64,000 bases of DNA from Octopus sinensis (taxonomy: Eukaryota): NCBI RefSeq assembly GCF_006345805.1, contig NC_043007.1, positions 37,820,001-37,884,000 on the forward strand, read 5' to 3'. Position numbers and translations under genes: made by a program. Shown piece by piece: positions 25,667 through 38,445 of the stretch (within the stretch, counting starts at the first letter, position 1; the number at the start of each line of letters is the position of its first letter). The notes beneath the pieces were generated by a model, which saw only the letters and a list, made by a program, of their open reading frames with translations, had not been told where the DNA came from and ran no database searches.

Positions 25667-27506
25667 ATATTATATATATATATACACACAACGTACATAT
25701 CATCATCATCATCATCATCGTTTAACGTCCGCTTTCCATGCTAGCATGGGTTGGACGATTTGACTGAGGACTGGCGAACCAGATGGCTGCACCAGGCTCC
25801 AATCTTGATCTGGCAGAGTTTCTACAGCTGGATGCCCTTCCTAACACCAACCACTCCGAGAGTGTAGTGGGTGTTTTTACATGCCACCGGCACGAGGACC
25901 AGTCAGACGGTAGAGAGAGAGAGAGAGAGAGAGAGACATATGGTCTGAATTACTTTAACTTAACAGCCTTTCACAAAACACACACAAACACACAAAAATA
26001 AACTCACTCTCTCTCAAACACACACACACAACATTTGAAAATGGAAGAAAAGAGGAAGTTGAACCAAGCAATTTACTCCAATGACATTCTGATACAACTT
26101 TGGTGGGTTCTTTGTAAACGTCATCGAGTGTAGCATAAATTGTGGAGTGACAATAGACAGGTCGTTATTAACTGAATGACAGTTAACTAAGAAGTTTACT
26201 TGTCATCCATGTAAAAATATTGTAGGCTGGGTGGGTGTACATGGATATATAAGTACTTTATAAAAGAAATATATTTATAGGTGTGTCCTTTTTTGTTTCC
26301 TTTAGTATCAAATTTTAAAGAAATTTGTGTATATATGTATACATAAATATGTGTGTGTGTATGCGGGTGTATGTATGTGGGTGTGTATAGGTGTATGTAT
26401 GTATGGGTGTATGTATGGGCGTATGTACGTGGGTGTATGTATATGTATACATGTTTGTGCATGAATATGTGTATGTAGACGTGTGTGTGTGTGCATGTGT
26501 ATGTGGGTGAGTGTGTCAAATAATACCTTTAAATTGTATGCATTTTTATGTAGTAACACTAGTAGTAAGAAGAAAAAAAGGAGAGTGAAAAAAAAGAAAA
26601 AAATGAGGAAAAGATCTCATTGTATACTTATACACACACCCATACACACGTGTGTGTATATATATATATATATATATGCACACATATATACATTTATATA
26701 CACATACATATTCACAGATACACACATCTACAAATACATGCAAACATAGGCATACACAAACGTTTAAAAGAAGTAACCAGGAAGCTAAGAAGTGGCCACA
26801 CTCAAACAGAGCTTCAAGTTAAGGCCACAAGCAACTGATAAAGCCTCCAAAAGGTCAAAACTATTAACAGCCATGGAATTTCTTAGTTATTCTTGCTTGC
26901 TTCCATGGTTTTCAACATGTCATTAGTCAATTTTAGGTGATCCGCAGCTGATAAGAACACCCAATGATCAGATATATATGTATACAATGTGAGTATCTAT
27001 GTATTAAATACTCTGGTAAATGAGGTTAGCTTAATGGTGTACTGATTCTTTTACAAATCAGATCAATTACAAGAAGTAGGGCTCAATTCCTTACTACAAG
27101 AAATTCTTGAAACAGCAATGAATGTACCACAGATCAGATTAATCCATACTCAAAAGTAATCTTTCAGACTCCCACCAACGTACCTCTCTATTTCCCATCA
27201 CTCTGGTTGCAGCCATCCATGTACCACATTAACTACTGAGCCAGAGCTTCTCCAGAATATCACCTTATCCCTTGTCCCCAAAATCTTCTCTCTGCCCATG
27301 TTTTTCCTGCAGATGTTAACCTGTGACAGTTTAAATGGAACACTAAGAGCACCAATCTCATCATTCTTGAAGGAACTACAAAGGTCATAGGGATTCTTCC
27401 TCATTGAACAAGTTAAAAAAAAAAGAAAGAACAGTTTCTTACCATGAAAAATCATGCATATACATTCATATATAAAGCAATGATATACATACATATATAC
27501 ACACAC

Positions 27507-27814
27507 GTGGAGGTGCAATGGCCCAGTGGTTAGGGCAGCGGACTCGCGGTCAGAGGATCGCGGTTTCGATCCCCAGACTGGGCGTTGTGTGTGTTTATTG
27601 AGCGAAAACACTTAAAAGCTCCACGAGGCTCCGGCAGGGGGTGGTGATCCCTGCTGTACTCATTCACCACTCTTTCTCCCACTCTTTCTTCTGTTGGCCT
27701 GCTCGCTTAGCCAGCGGGGTGGCATCATTCAAAAGGCTAAAACAATGCGAACGCATTGTGACCAGCGATGTGTAACAACATCTGATGGTCTGGTCGGTCA
27801 CGTGATCACGTGAT
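27507..27814 (+). mobile_element. tRNA-derived SINE family D (resembles Octopus OR-type SINEs), 3' module 1
   Basis: Box A tggcccagtgg, box B ggtttcgatccc; ends cacgtgatcacgtgat. Confidence 0.85.
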
Positions 27815-28519
27815 ATACACACATATACACACATATACATGCAAAACCTAGTATCAAAAATTGGGTTTATTTGTGGATTAACAAGGTCTTATTAATCCAC
27901 AAATATCTGTCCGTCAGTCCGTCCATCCATATATCTATCTATCCATCTTTATCTTTTACTTATTTCAGTCATTAGACTGTGGCTATGCTGGAGCACTGCC
28001 TTGAGGAATTTTTAGTCAAATGTATCAACTCCAGTACTTATTTTTCAAAAGTCCATTTTGCTGATCCACTAAGTTACAGGGACATAAACACATCGGCACC
28101 AGTTGTTAAGTGGTGGTGGTGGTGGTGGTGGCAGTGGTGGCCATGTTTGATATATAGAAATAAAGTAGGAAGTCCATATGAGGTACCCAGTATAATATGG
28201 ATGTATGGGATGTAGTAGGATCACAGGCAGGTTAACAGAGAAAGCAGGCTACATACACAGAAGATACACAAGAACAATAAGCACTGAGGACTCAAGAAAA
28301 ATAGATTCATAGATTCTATCAAATGCCTGGAGGGCTCGCTACATATGGTTGACAGTTTTTGTTACCGAGGTGACATAACTAGCAGTAGAAGGGATGATCT
28401 GAAAGCACAGTAGTCATGGTGGAAAATGGAAAAAGTACAGATAGTTATCATTCTGCTGGCAACAAAAGCTTTTCCAGCAAAGTGGAGGGTAGATTGTGTG
28501 ATGTTTGTGTACGATGTGT

Positions 28520-28890
28520 GATACTGGATGTTCATGAAACATGAACCTTGAATGCAGCAAATGTGATGACTGAAGAGAAATGAAGCAAGCGTAATTTGCT
28601 GAATGTGTAGTATGATGTACATGAACAACAGAGAACAAATGAGCTGAAAGAAAAACTGATCATAAGAAGAACTGAATGTAATATGTAAAAAAGACTGCAC
28701 TGATACAGATAAATGATGTATATGGAAGAGGACAACTGTACAAATGTCATACATAGAAAGTGAATGGAACCTGTGGATGAGAAACACTGAGGAAAACTTG
28801 GAATGATGAAGTGAAGACTAATTTCAAGACATTGCACTTCACAAAGGACATGATGAAGGACTATACTGATTGGCATTACACGGTGTTGGA
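28520..28890 (+). mobile_element. Highly decayed RTE-like LINE fragment
   Basis: Residual RTE C-terminal-like stretches (aagaagaactg..., ggaagaggacaactg...aaatgtcat...aagtgaatggaacctgtgga); many stop codons. Confidence 0.4.
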
Positions 28891-28971
28891 GAGGACCTGA
28901 ACATTTGTGCATGCATGGTAAATTGAAAATAAAATTAGTGGAAGCAATGGAGGCTGTGTGACATATATGTA

Positions 28972-29002
<31 letters not shown>

Positions 29003-29006
29003 CATG

Positions 29007-29369
29007 GCACTCTGTCAGTTATGACGACAAGGGTTCCAACTGATTTGATCAATGGAACAGCCTGCTCATGAAATTAATGTGCAAGTAGCTGAGCACTCCA
29101 TAGACATGGGCACTCTTAACGTAGTTCTCAGGGAGATTCAGTGTGACACAGAGTGCGACAAGGCTGGCCCTTTAAAATACAGGTACAACAGGAAGAAAGA
29201 GTGAGAGAAAGTTGTGGTAAAAGAGTACAGCAGGGTCTGCCACCACCCACTACTGGAGCCTGTGAAGCTTTAAGTGTTTTCGCTCAATAAACACTCACAA
29301 CGCCCAGTCTGGGAATCGAAACCGCGATCCCATGACCACGAGTCTGCTACCCTAACCACTGGGCCAATG

Positions 29370-29372
<3 letters not shown>
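29007..29372 (-). mobile_element. SINE family D, 3' module 3
   Basis: Reverse-complement homolog of 50085-50463. Confidence 0.85.
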
Positions 29373-29458
<86 letters not shown>

Positions 29459-30382
29459 TTTCTTTTTTGGAATTGGTTCCCAAAGTACATATAAAGTTAT
29501 AAATAATAGTATGTATGTAAATAATTGGATTGAAAAACCCTTCTGGGATAGAAAAAGTTGAAGCAGCCCATGAGACTCAAACCCACATCTCCTGAAAGAC
29601 ATGACAGGTGTTCTACCATTGTAACAAATCAATCTATCGAATTTGTCCATTTTAGAACCAGTATTCTTATCAGCAGGAATTATATGTTGTTGATATTGTA
29701 AGAATTTCTAAGCTTTTGAGAGAATATGAAATAATTCTTTATTGGAATTGGTTCTCAAAGTACATGATATTATTTATACTGTTACATGTTCATTAAGTGA
29801 GGATGCATGGACTAGTGGTTGGGTGTTGCACTCATGATCGCAAGATCAGGGTTTCAATTCCTAGAACAATTGGTGTTTTGTTCTTGAGCAAAACACTTCA
29901 TCTCACACTGCTCTGCGATCATTTCAACACCTGATGCGTGGTACACCGTGCACCAGTTCAGGTAATGCTAATTTGATAGAGGGAGTGAGCTAATGAACAG
30001 CACATACATTTGATCACTATAAAGAAATCATTTGTGCCGGTCATTTGGTAAAAGTCGAACACTATACATCGTCTTCAATTGCAGAGTCCATCATATGTTC
30101 ATTAAGAATCAATTCCAAAAAAGAATTATTCCATGTTTTCTTCAAAGTTTATAAATTCTTATGAGATAAATATACAAATATATATATTGTTGCTATTATG
30201 TAAAAGTGTTGTAAGCCTAAAGCATTGCTTCTTCAGAAAACGAAAAAAAATTTTTGATATCTTGGCATCTGAAGCAGATACAATAATTTGACCAAAAGAA
30301 GTGACTATTGCAAGCAAAAATAAATATTGAAAAAGATGCATTTGGCCAAATTTGGACATATGACAGTTTAACATAATAGTAA

Positions 30383-30427
<45 letters not shown>

Positions 30428-30428
<1 letters not shown>

Positions 30429-30900
30429 TAGCTGACGTACCCTGTATTTCCTGGGAAAGTAGGGCTTATCCCTTGACTCCATTCTCATAATTTTTTTGCT
30501 AATCCAATAACAACAATACAAAGTATGTAGCCCTTAAAATGGTTTTTGTGCATTTACAGAGTATACCAAACTATTACACAGGATCTTGTTTCTCACGAAT
30601 TCCCAATAAGTTATGAATACCCAAATTGTGAAGTCAGTTATGTAATAACATAAAATTAGTTACCTGATAGTAAGAATTCAAATAAAGTAGCCCCGAAAAG
30701 GGCTTTAATGCATTCCCAGGGTATACAGAACATAGGAGGAAATACTAATAAGATATGTATACTAAAATCGTGAAGCATGTTATGTAATAATAGGCTAATC
30801 AGATATGAGATAATAACAATTCAAAGTAAATAACTGAAAAGGGCTTTTATGCATTCCCAGAGAATATTACCCTCAGGGGTGCTGGTGTTGGTATATTTGT
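30428..30900 (-). mobile_element. Probable second Helitron family 3' end with internal ~150-bp degenerate tandem units
   Basis: Minus strand ends cccaggaaatacaggg tacgtcag CTAG t; three related blocks (aaagt...aaaagggcttt.atgcattccca) at ~30520, ~30680 and ~30820. Confidence 0.5.
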
Positions 30901-32063
30901 GAATAAGTCACTAACCAAAATAAGTGGATCTATTGTTTAGGAAAATACTATTTACTTGTTTCAGGGTTGTACTGGATAAATTGTGAAATTGACCTAACCA
31001 TCTGCAATACAAATTTCAGGAATCTGATCAGCCAGCTAATTATCTAACAAATAGGTAAACATGTCAGTCAGATAGTATTTGTAATTGTGTTCCTAGTGAA
31101 TATAAATTCTATGTTTTTTTTTTTTTTAAATAATGTACCACTCAATGTAGACTGGTGTTTAGTGACATTAGCATAAGAACTAAATGGAACCCGAGTCAGA
31201 AGATAATCTAGAGAAGTAATGTATGGAAACTGAAAGATCCTTATGCTAGAGATAGGTTCAAAGAAACTCTGACATACATGTTGAGACAGATGAGGAGAAA
31301 AATATCTAGCCAACAGATGATATCAGGAGCTTTTTATGAAGCATCCTGCTGTGAACCACAGATCAGATTTATGATTGGAGTAATATTATTATATGTAAGA
31401 ACCTTGGCTATATATACACAATATCTTTAAAAGGTACCGTGAATGATACTGACACTATGATCAAGTTGAGACAGGAACTCTCTGCTACTGACTCCTGCAA
31501 TTTGATGGAAGACATCTGACTTGAGGTGTTGTCAGTATGACTTTAACCACTCCAAATGAAGGAAATACTGTTCATAACAGTGGTAAAAACAGAAAAATAT
31601 GCCAGCAACTTCCTCGGTCTCCTATCATACTTTACAGAAACTGGGTTGCATAGTGCAAAATTCCAGTTGCCTATAACATTATGTAGGGAAGGTGTTCAGA
31701 GTCTATTATCATATGATACTATGGCAGTCAGTAGGTCTAGTTTTTGGTGTTACCATTGTTGTTGTTGCAGTAGCAGAGACTAACCTGAAGATGAAAGAGG
31801 TAATAGGTGTGGTACAAAACATTGAGCTGGACTGGGAATGAAACGGGGCAAACGGATATCTTGCTAGAATAACAAATGCAAATGATATACGATATCTTAA
31901 TGAAATTAGCCATATTGAAAAGGAGGAACAAGCAATTCAAGTAGAAATATTGGGAAGCCAGTGAGTATGGGCAGCATAGGAAATAGTTGAGTGAAAGAAG
32001 CTGTTATGGAGTGTATTGTGGAAAATGGAATCATCCAGATTGCAATTTCTTATGAGAGTGGTG

Positions 32064-32312
32064 TCTTGTCTTTCTTGTCTTGAGACAGCATTCACCCGGG
32101 GTGAGTTGAGTTGGCTTCATTCATCCTCAATGCTGCATCTCTCACAAACGCCGACCAGGCCTGGTGATTTGAGGCTAACGACCGCGTGATCTCCAACCAC
32201 TCGCTATTCCAGCGGCGAACACTGTAGACATGGGGGCCTAGGTTGGGTTCCAGATCAGCCTTGACTGTCATCAGCCAGGTTTTTCGCTGTCCACCACATC
32301 GCTTTCGCCATT
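32064..32312 (-). mobile_element. RTE-clade LINE 3' end
   Basis: Minus-strand translation WRKRCGGQRKTWLMTVKADL...W..FVRDA; (CAAGA)n-like tail. Confidence 0.8.
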
Positions 32313-32325
32313 CACTCACACGCAC

Positions 32326-32365
<40 letters not shown>

Positions 32366-34566
32366 GCAGACACACACTCAAATGCAAACTTGCTCATACT
32401 CACACTCACTCAAATGCTGACACACACATACTTACATAGACTCATGCATTCACTCACACACTTGCATACAGACGCAAATTCATATACAACACACACAATC
32501 AAGACACATGCACATGCAGGCACACATGCACATTCACTTCAACACACATGCACTTTAATGTCCACTTTTCCATGCTTGCATGGATCAGATGGAATTTGCT
32601 GAAGCAGGCCCTTCCTGTTGCCAACCATCGCCTGCTTCCAAGTAAGGTAATGCCTCTTCATGGCAAAGTGTCTTACTGTAGAGAAAACAGACAAAAAGAG
32701 AGGGGGAGTGTACATTTGAGGAAGAGTAAGGTAAGGGTTGGAGGAATGGTAGGAGAGACTGAGGGGGGGTCATGGCGGAGGGTTGGAGAGAAGGGGTGCG
32801 TGGGTTGTTGTAGGTGTCAATTCATGGCTATACATGTGTAAAAGTTCAAGTGTTCAATATATTACTTGTACAGTCATGCTGTGAACTGGAAACACCAACT
32901 TAGAATAACATCCTCCTAGATACCATATTACATAATAAAAGTGTGTAAGAAACTGTAAATGATGCTACTAGGTTTTTCCATGGAGTAAATGCCCCTCAGT
33001 AGACCTGCCTCCACCTCCAGGCCATTGCCAGCACATTTCTTATATATGAAAATGAATACTGATGAAAAAATGAAATATTTATCAGGTTATAATCTATGCG
33101 CAATGAAATAGTATTTATTGATGTGACAAAATAATGGTTGGAAATAGCAACCAAGGAAAATTTGGACAATGGAAGAATCAGATCTAAGTTTGAGTCAGTC
33201 ATTCTTTCATTTTTTTTTTCCTTTATCACATGAATATTTTGTGTGTGTCTGTGGATATCAGATGCATACACACACACACACTCATGCAGCCATAGCTGTG
33301 GGGTTACTTTGCAACTAAGTAGTAATTTGAGTTTCAGTCCCACAGCACAGTACCTTGGGCAAGTGAATTTATTAGATGGAAACTACTCAAAGCCCATTCT
33401 CTGTGTGCGTGTGTGTGGTGGGAGAGTGCATGCATGTGTGTCTGTGTGAAGGTTTACATCCAGCAACCACATGAGAAATTGCTGAACTATAGCAGTATTT
33501 TGTTATCACTTCTCTGCTAACAAATCATTTAAGGTGGAGTGTAACGAAAATTTTTTGATAGAAAAACATGAAAAGATTAGTGGCAGGAAGGGCACCTAGT
33601 TATAAAACAATGCTTAAACAATATGTATTCTTCTAATCCATGCCAGCATGGCAAAAAAGATGGGCATAAAATTAATGTACACATGCATGCATGCACAAAC
33701 ACACACACACAATGTGTATCCCAGTTTTAGAATAGAAACACTGAAAAAGGCTCATCATTTATGAATATGTATGTACATGAGAGAGTGTGTTTATGAGAAT
33801 GTGTGTGTATGCGACTATGTGCATGTGTGCATGTGTCTAGATTGTGTGTGTTGTATATGAATTTGTGTCTGTATGCAAGTGTGTGTGTGAATGCATGAGT
33901 CTGTATGTAAGTATGTGTGTGTCAGCATTTGAGTGAGTGTGTGTTTGCATGTGAGTATGAGCAAGTTTGCATTTGAGTGCGTGTCTGCATGTGTGAGTGT
34001 GCGTGTGTGTGTACATGTGAGTGAATGTGTGCATATTATGTGAATATGCATGTCTGTATGCGAGCATGTGCCTGTATGCAGGTGCATGCCTGTATGCGAG
34101 TGCATGTCTTGACACGGCATGCTAGTTGTAAACAAGCACCACCATCTTACAAATGGTGTCATTTGTTTGAAATCTCATAACAACGTGTCTAGCCATTCTG
34201 CTGTTTATATTCGATCAACTAGGGGGAAATATTGTCTTGCTTGGAAGCAGGTAAGGGTTGGCAACAGGAAGAGCATCCAGCCATAGAAGATCTGCTTCAA
34301 TGAATCTCATCTGATCCATGGAAACATGGAAAAGTGGACATTAAAGACCAGCATAACTGGGAATACAACCATGGAGTTACAATAAAGAATGGTGAACTAT
34401 AACCTCGGACCCTGCCACAAGAATATGCTGAGTTCTTTACTAATCTAAAAAATATTATTAGCCTGGCGTATTAAGAGAGCTTATAAAGTATTTTTCCCAG
34501 GTTGATAATCCCTCATAAATAACTACACACACACACACACACACACCACACACACACACACATATA

Positions 34567-34947
34567 TCTCTATATATAAAGCTGAAGTTGTCTGTGAATG
34601 GCAGGTTTGGTAGCCTTCAGCTAACACTATCTCCTCCGAGACCCTGTGGTGTAAGTTGACCAAAATTGAGAGTATAATAGAAGAAGCCTTGCTCTTCATT
34701 TCATAGAAGAAAAAATTCAAATCGGACCATGTTAACACCAAAAATTATTTACATCAAACAGGTACTTTTTTTCTATGAAAATCCCTAGTTTTTTATGATT
34801 TTTTGACTGATTTTTCAGTGTATTTCAACCAGAAAAATGTTCACTTAAAGAGAATAACAAGCAACATAATGCAAAATTTTTACTTTTCAAAAATTCCAAT
34901 TCTAATGGGTCGAAACAAAACCGAGCAATGCCAGGCGATACTGCTAG
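34567..34947 (+). mobile_element. Non-autonomous Helitron, copy 1
   Basis: 5' a|TCTCTATATATAAAG; 3' hairpin ccgagcaatgccagg then CTAG|t; no TSD; four related copies in the window. Confidence 0.85.
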
Positions 34948-35626
34948 TATATATATATATATATATATGTATTTATTATATGTATGTGTAGAGGGAAAAA
35001 GTGAAAAATACTTTGAGCTATCATTCCACATGGTATATAGGAAGTATGTATATGTATGTATGCATGTATGAAGGTAATCTGTTCATATGCTAGAATCTTA
35101 AAATACAGTAAGTGGAAAAACTTAAATTTTATCCCTGCAATTTGAAGACAAAAACTTAGTTTAAGGGTGTTGGCAATTTTAAGATAAAGAAAAGCTGTTT
35201 CCAAAAATTTGATCAGCCGATATTGTAGAAGTTTTTGTATGTGCTTATTGAGTTTTTTCTTCTTTACATTTCAACAATGCTATAGGGAGTTTGTGTCTTC
35301 AAATTAAAGGGACTATCTCAGGTACTTTGAGGTTTTACTACTTACTATATTACATTTAGAAAATACTGTGCAAATGTGTGTATGTGTATATAATTTAGCA
35401 TAAGTATCTCATACATAGATATACACAGGCATAAATACAAACATATGCACATAACCACATACATATAAAACACACACAAAAAATATATATATACATATAA
35501 ATACACTTATCAGTTTGGTAAGTACCAATACACAAAACTCTTGGCTATTGAGTCACTTTGTCACTTCTGATTACACACACACACAAATATACATTTACGT
35601 GTCTGTATGTGTGTGTGTATGTATAC

Positions 35627-35679
<53 letters not shown>

Positions 35680-35827
35680 CACACACTCATACATATACAT
35701 ACAAATATATGATTTGACATTGTAAGAATCTATATGCATGCATATTTTTCCAAGATACCTTAATCAATATGTGATAATGATGGTAATGGTTAAAAATTAT
35801 ACATACATATATACACACACACATACA

Positions 35828-35883
<56 letters not shown>

Positions 35884-35923
35884 CGTACTTCCTAGATATC
35901 TATAAATAAATATAAGACACACA

Positions 35924-35954
<31 letters not shown>

Positions 35955-36005
35955 TATATTATATTATATTATATACGTACTTCATATATATATATATATA
36001 TTATA

Positions 36006-36045
<40 letters not shown>

Positions 36046-38259
36046 TCACAAACATGTTCTACCTCTGCTGTGTCCTTACCTGTTCTATACCTGTTAAGTC
36101 AGAATGGGGAGAGGTGTTCAGTGTCTTCTCCTAAATGACAGCAAGTCAGCTGGATAGGCAGACAGACAGAAAACAGTCAGGTTTTAGGTGTGTGTGTTTG
36201 CATGTGTGTATGCGTGTGAAGACAATGAGACAGACAGAAACTATAGAAACACATATACATATATACGCACACTCAATGACATAGTTTACTGGTGCAACTG
36301 AAGAAGATGGAGGTAATAAAGATAACAAAGCAATGTTGATATAGTTGTGCAACGTGCTAGAAATAAAAGCTAAATCTTACTCAAAGAATAATCTACTGTC
36401 TTTAATACAAAAGAAAAAAATACAGATAGATTTCATAATCTAGTCCTGGACAAACTATGCTAAGAAAAATGTATATTGGATGTTCCTGGCTGGAACACCT
36501 GTGATCGTAGGTTATCTTTAGTAGCCAAGGCTGATCTGGGGCTAATCAGCAATACAAAGATAGAAGACAAAGGTAGTGAAAAATGGACTGGCAACAAGGA
36601 AGAGATGTCTGAATGAGACAGATGTTGGAATGAGAAATGCTAAGAACTACAGGCTTCCTTGGATGAAAGCCAGGGGTTATTTTGTGTTTGTGTGTATGAG
36701 AGAGAAAGGAGAGACAGACAGACAGACAGAGGGAGAGCGAAATAAAAACAAGGTAATTCTACATTTGACTGAACATAAACACAACAATGTAGATCCTGAC
36801 CCCTGCTCCCATAGGGCAGAGGTTAAGTGATCAAAGACAGGTAATGAAAGGGTGGGCAGTGAAGCTTACCTGAAATATTATTTGGTATTATTCACACCTA
36901 AATGTAAGGAAATTGTCTCTCAAAATAAGAAATGCCAATATATCATCAATAATAATAATACAAAAATGCTAAAAACCTTCCTGCTTCTATATCCAAATAA
37001 AACAAATGCTTCTTTTCATTTTTATATAAACTTCATATCCAATTTACGAGGCTGGTTATATTATTATTATCATTATTATTATTATTAGCCACAGTAATAA
37101 TAATGGTGTTGATAGCAGCACTGTTGATTAGGTCCTTCAGTTTGTTTATGATTCGAGCAATAAGTGTTTGTTAATTCATTCCAGGTTTTTCTTTGGACTG
37201 TAGTGTGGCTCAGGCCCATATGGTCAAAACAGGAAGCTTTTTATTCATGTGTTTGTTTTTTTGTTTTTCCTTTTTCTTGTCTTCAGTCACAATACGAAGA
37301 AGGATTATATTTCACAGCAAATGAGAGGAGGAAGGTAATCTGTTCAATTGATTATTCCAAATTATCGAATATTCAACACAAAGTAAAAAGCAAGATTGTT
37401 TACTTGAAAATTTTTTCACATGTAAAATAAAGTTGTCCGATTAATTAAGACAGGAACTTTTTCTTTTCTTTTTTTCTTCAATAAACCAGTGAGAATACAT
37501 CCAGTAAATCCAATTGAGTTTGGTTTATTTTTACAAGTGAAAGGCTGCAGCTTATCCTGATTACATATTCCTGTTTTATATTAAAACATTTTTTTTTAAA
37601 AAAAAGGGAAAAAGAAAAATAAAGATTCTGAACTTCAATCAAGTGGTTGATGTGATTTCCTCCCAGTAAAATTGTATTACTTATATCCAAATATGTGCTT
37701 ACTTTTTCAAACAAACCAGTTATGTTTATCCTGTCAAAGACTGTATATGCTTATGGTTTATACATATAGCAATAAAGCTGCAAAATTATTAAAACATTTT
37801 TTTCATTTTTTCAACTTTTTTTTTCTAACAATAATAATGATAATAATAAACCTGCTGTAATATTTTAGAAAGTGGGCTTGCTTTATGGTTTAAAAAGAAA
37901 AACCAATAAAAGAGACAAAGAAAAAAATTCAGTAAAATAATAACCTTGAAGTATGGTAAAAAAAAATCCTGTTCTTGGTGGATTTATATGTGTGTTTATG
38001 TATTTATATATATATATTAGCAGTAAGTAACCTGTCAAGATTTGAACAGGAAAACTTGGAGTGCTGTAAAAGCTTGCACATGAGAAAAACCAAAAAAAGA
38101 AGAGGAATAAAATAAGGTATATAAATCTTCCAAAGAGCTTTGTTGTAGGTGTTGCACTTGTTGCTATTTAAGAATATCAGGTATTTAAGAAACCAACACT
38201 CTAAGATAGATTGAACTCCTTAAATACATCTTCAAGATACATCTAAATGTATGTGTAGT

Positions 38260-38400
38260 ATATGTATATATATGTATATATATATATAAATATATATTTA
38301 TAAATATATATATATTTATAAATATATATTTATAAATATATATATATATTTATAAATATATATATATATATATATATATTTTATAAATATATATATATAT

Positions 38401-38440
<40 letters not shown>
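38260..38440. repeat. Long AT-only (TA)n/ttataaa tract
   Basis: About 170 nt of almost pure alternating TA with tttataaa palindromic interruptions; similar tracts at 35828-36040. Confidence 0.9.

Positions 38441-38445
<5 letters not shown>

Noticed and set aside
26833-26872. Hammerhead-like ctgataa...aaaa motif
   Set aside because: Both catalytic boxes are mutated and the stems are weak; not distinguishable from chance.
27868-27905. Short hairpin tatttgtggattaa/ttaatccacaaata as a pre-miRNA or terminator
   Set aside because: Stem is too short for a pre-miRNA, and intrinsic terminators are not relevant in this eukaryotic context; possibly a transposon footprint.
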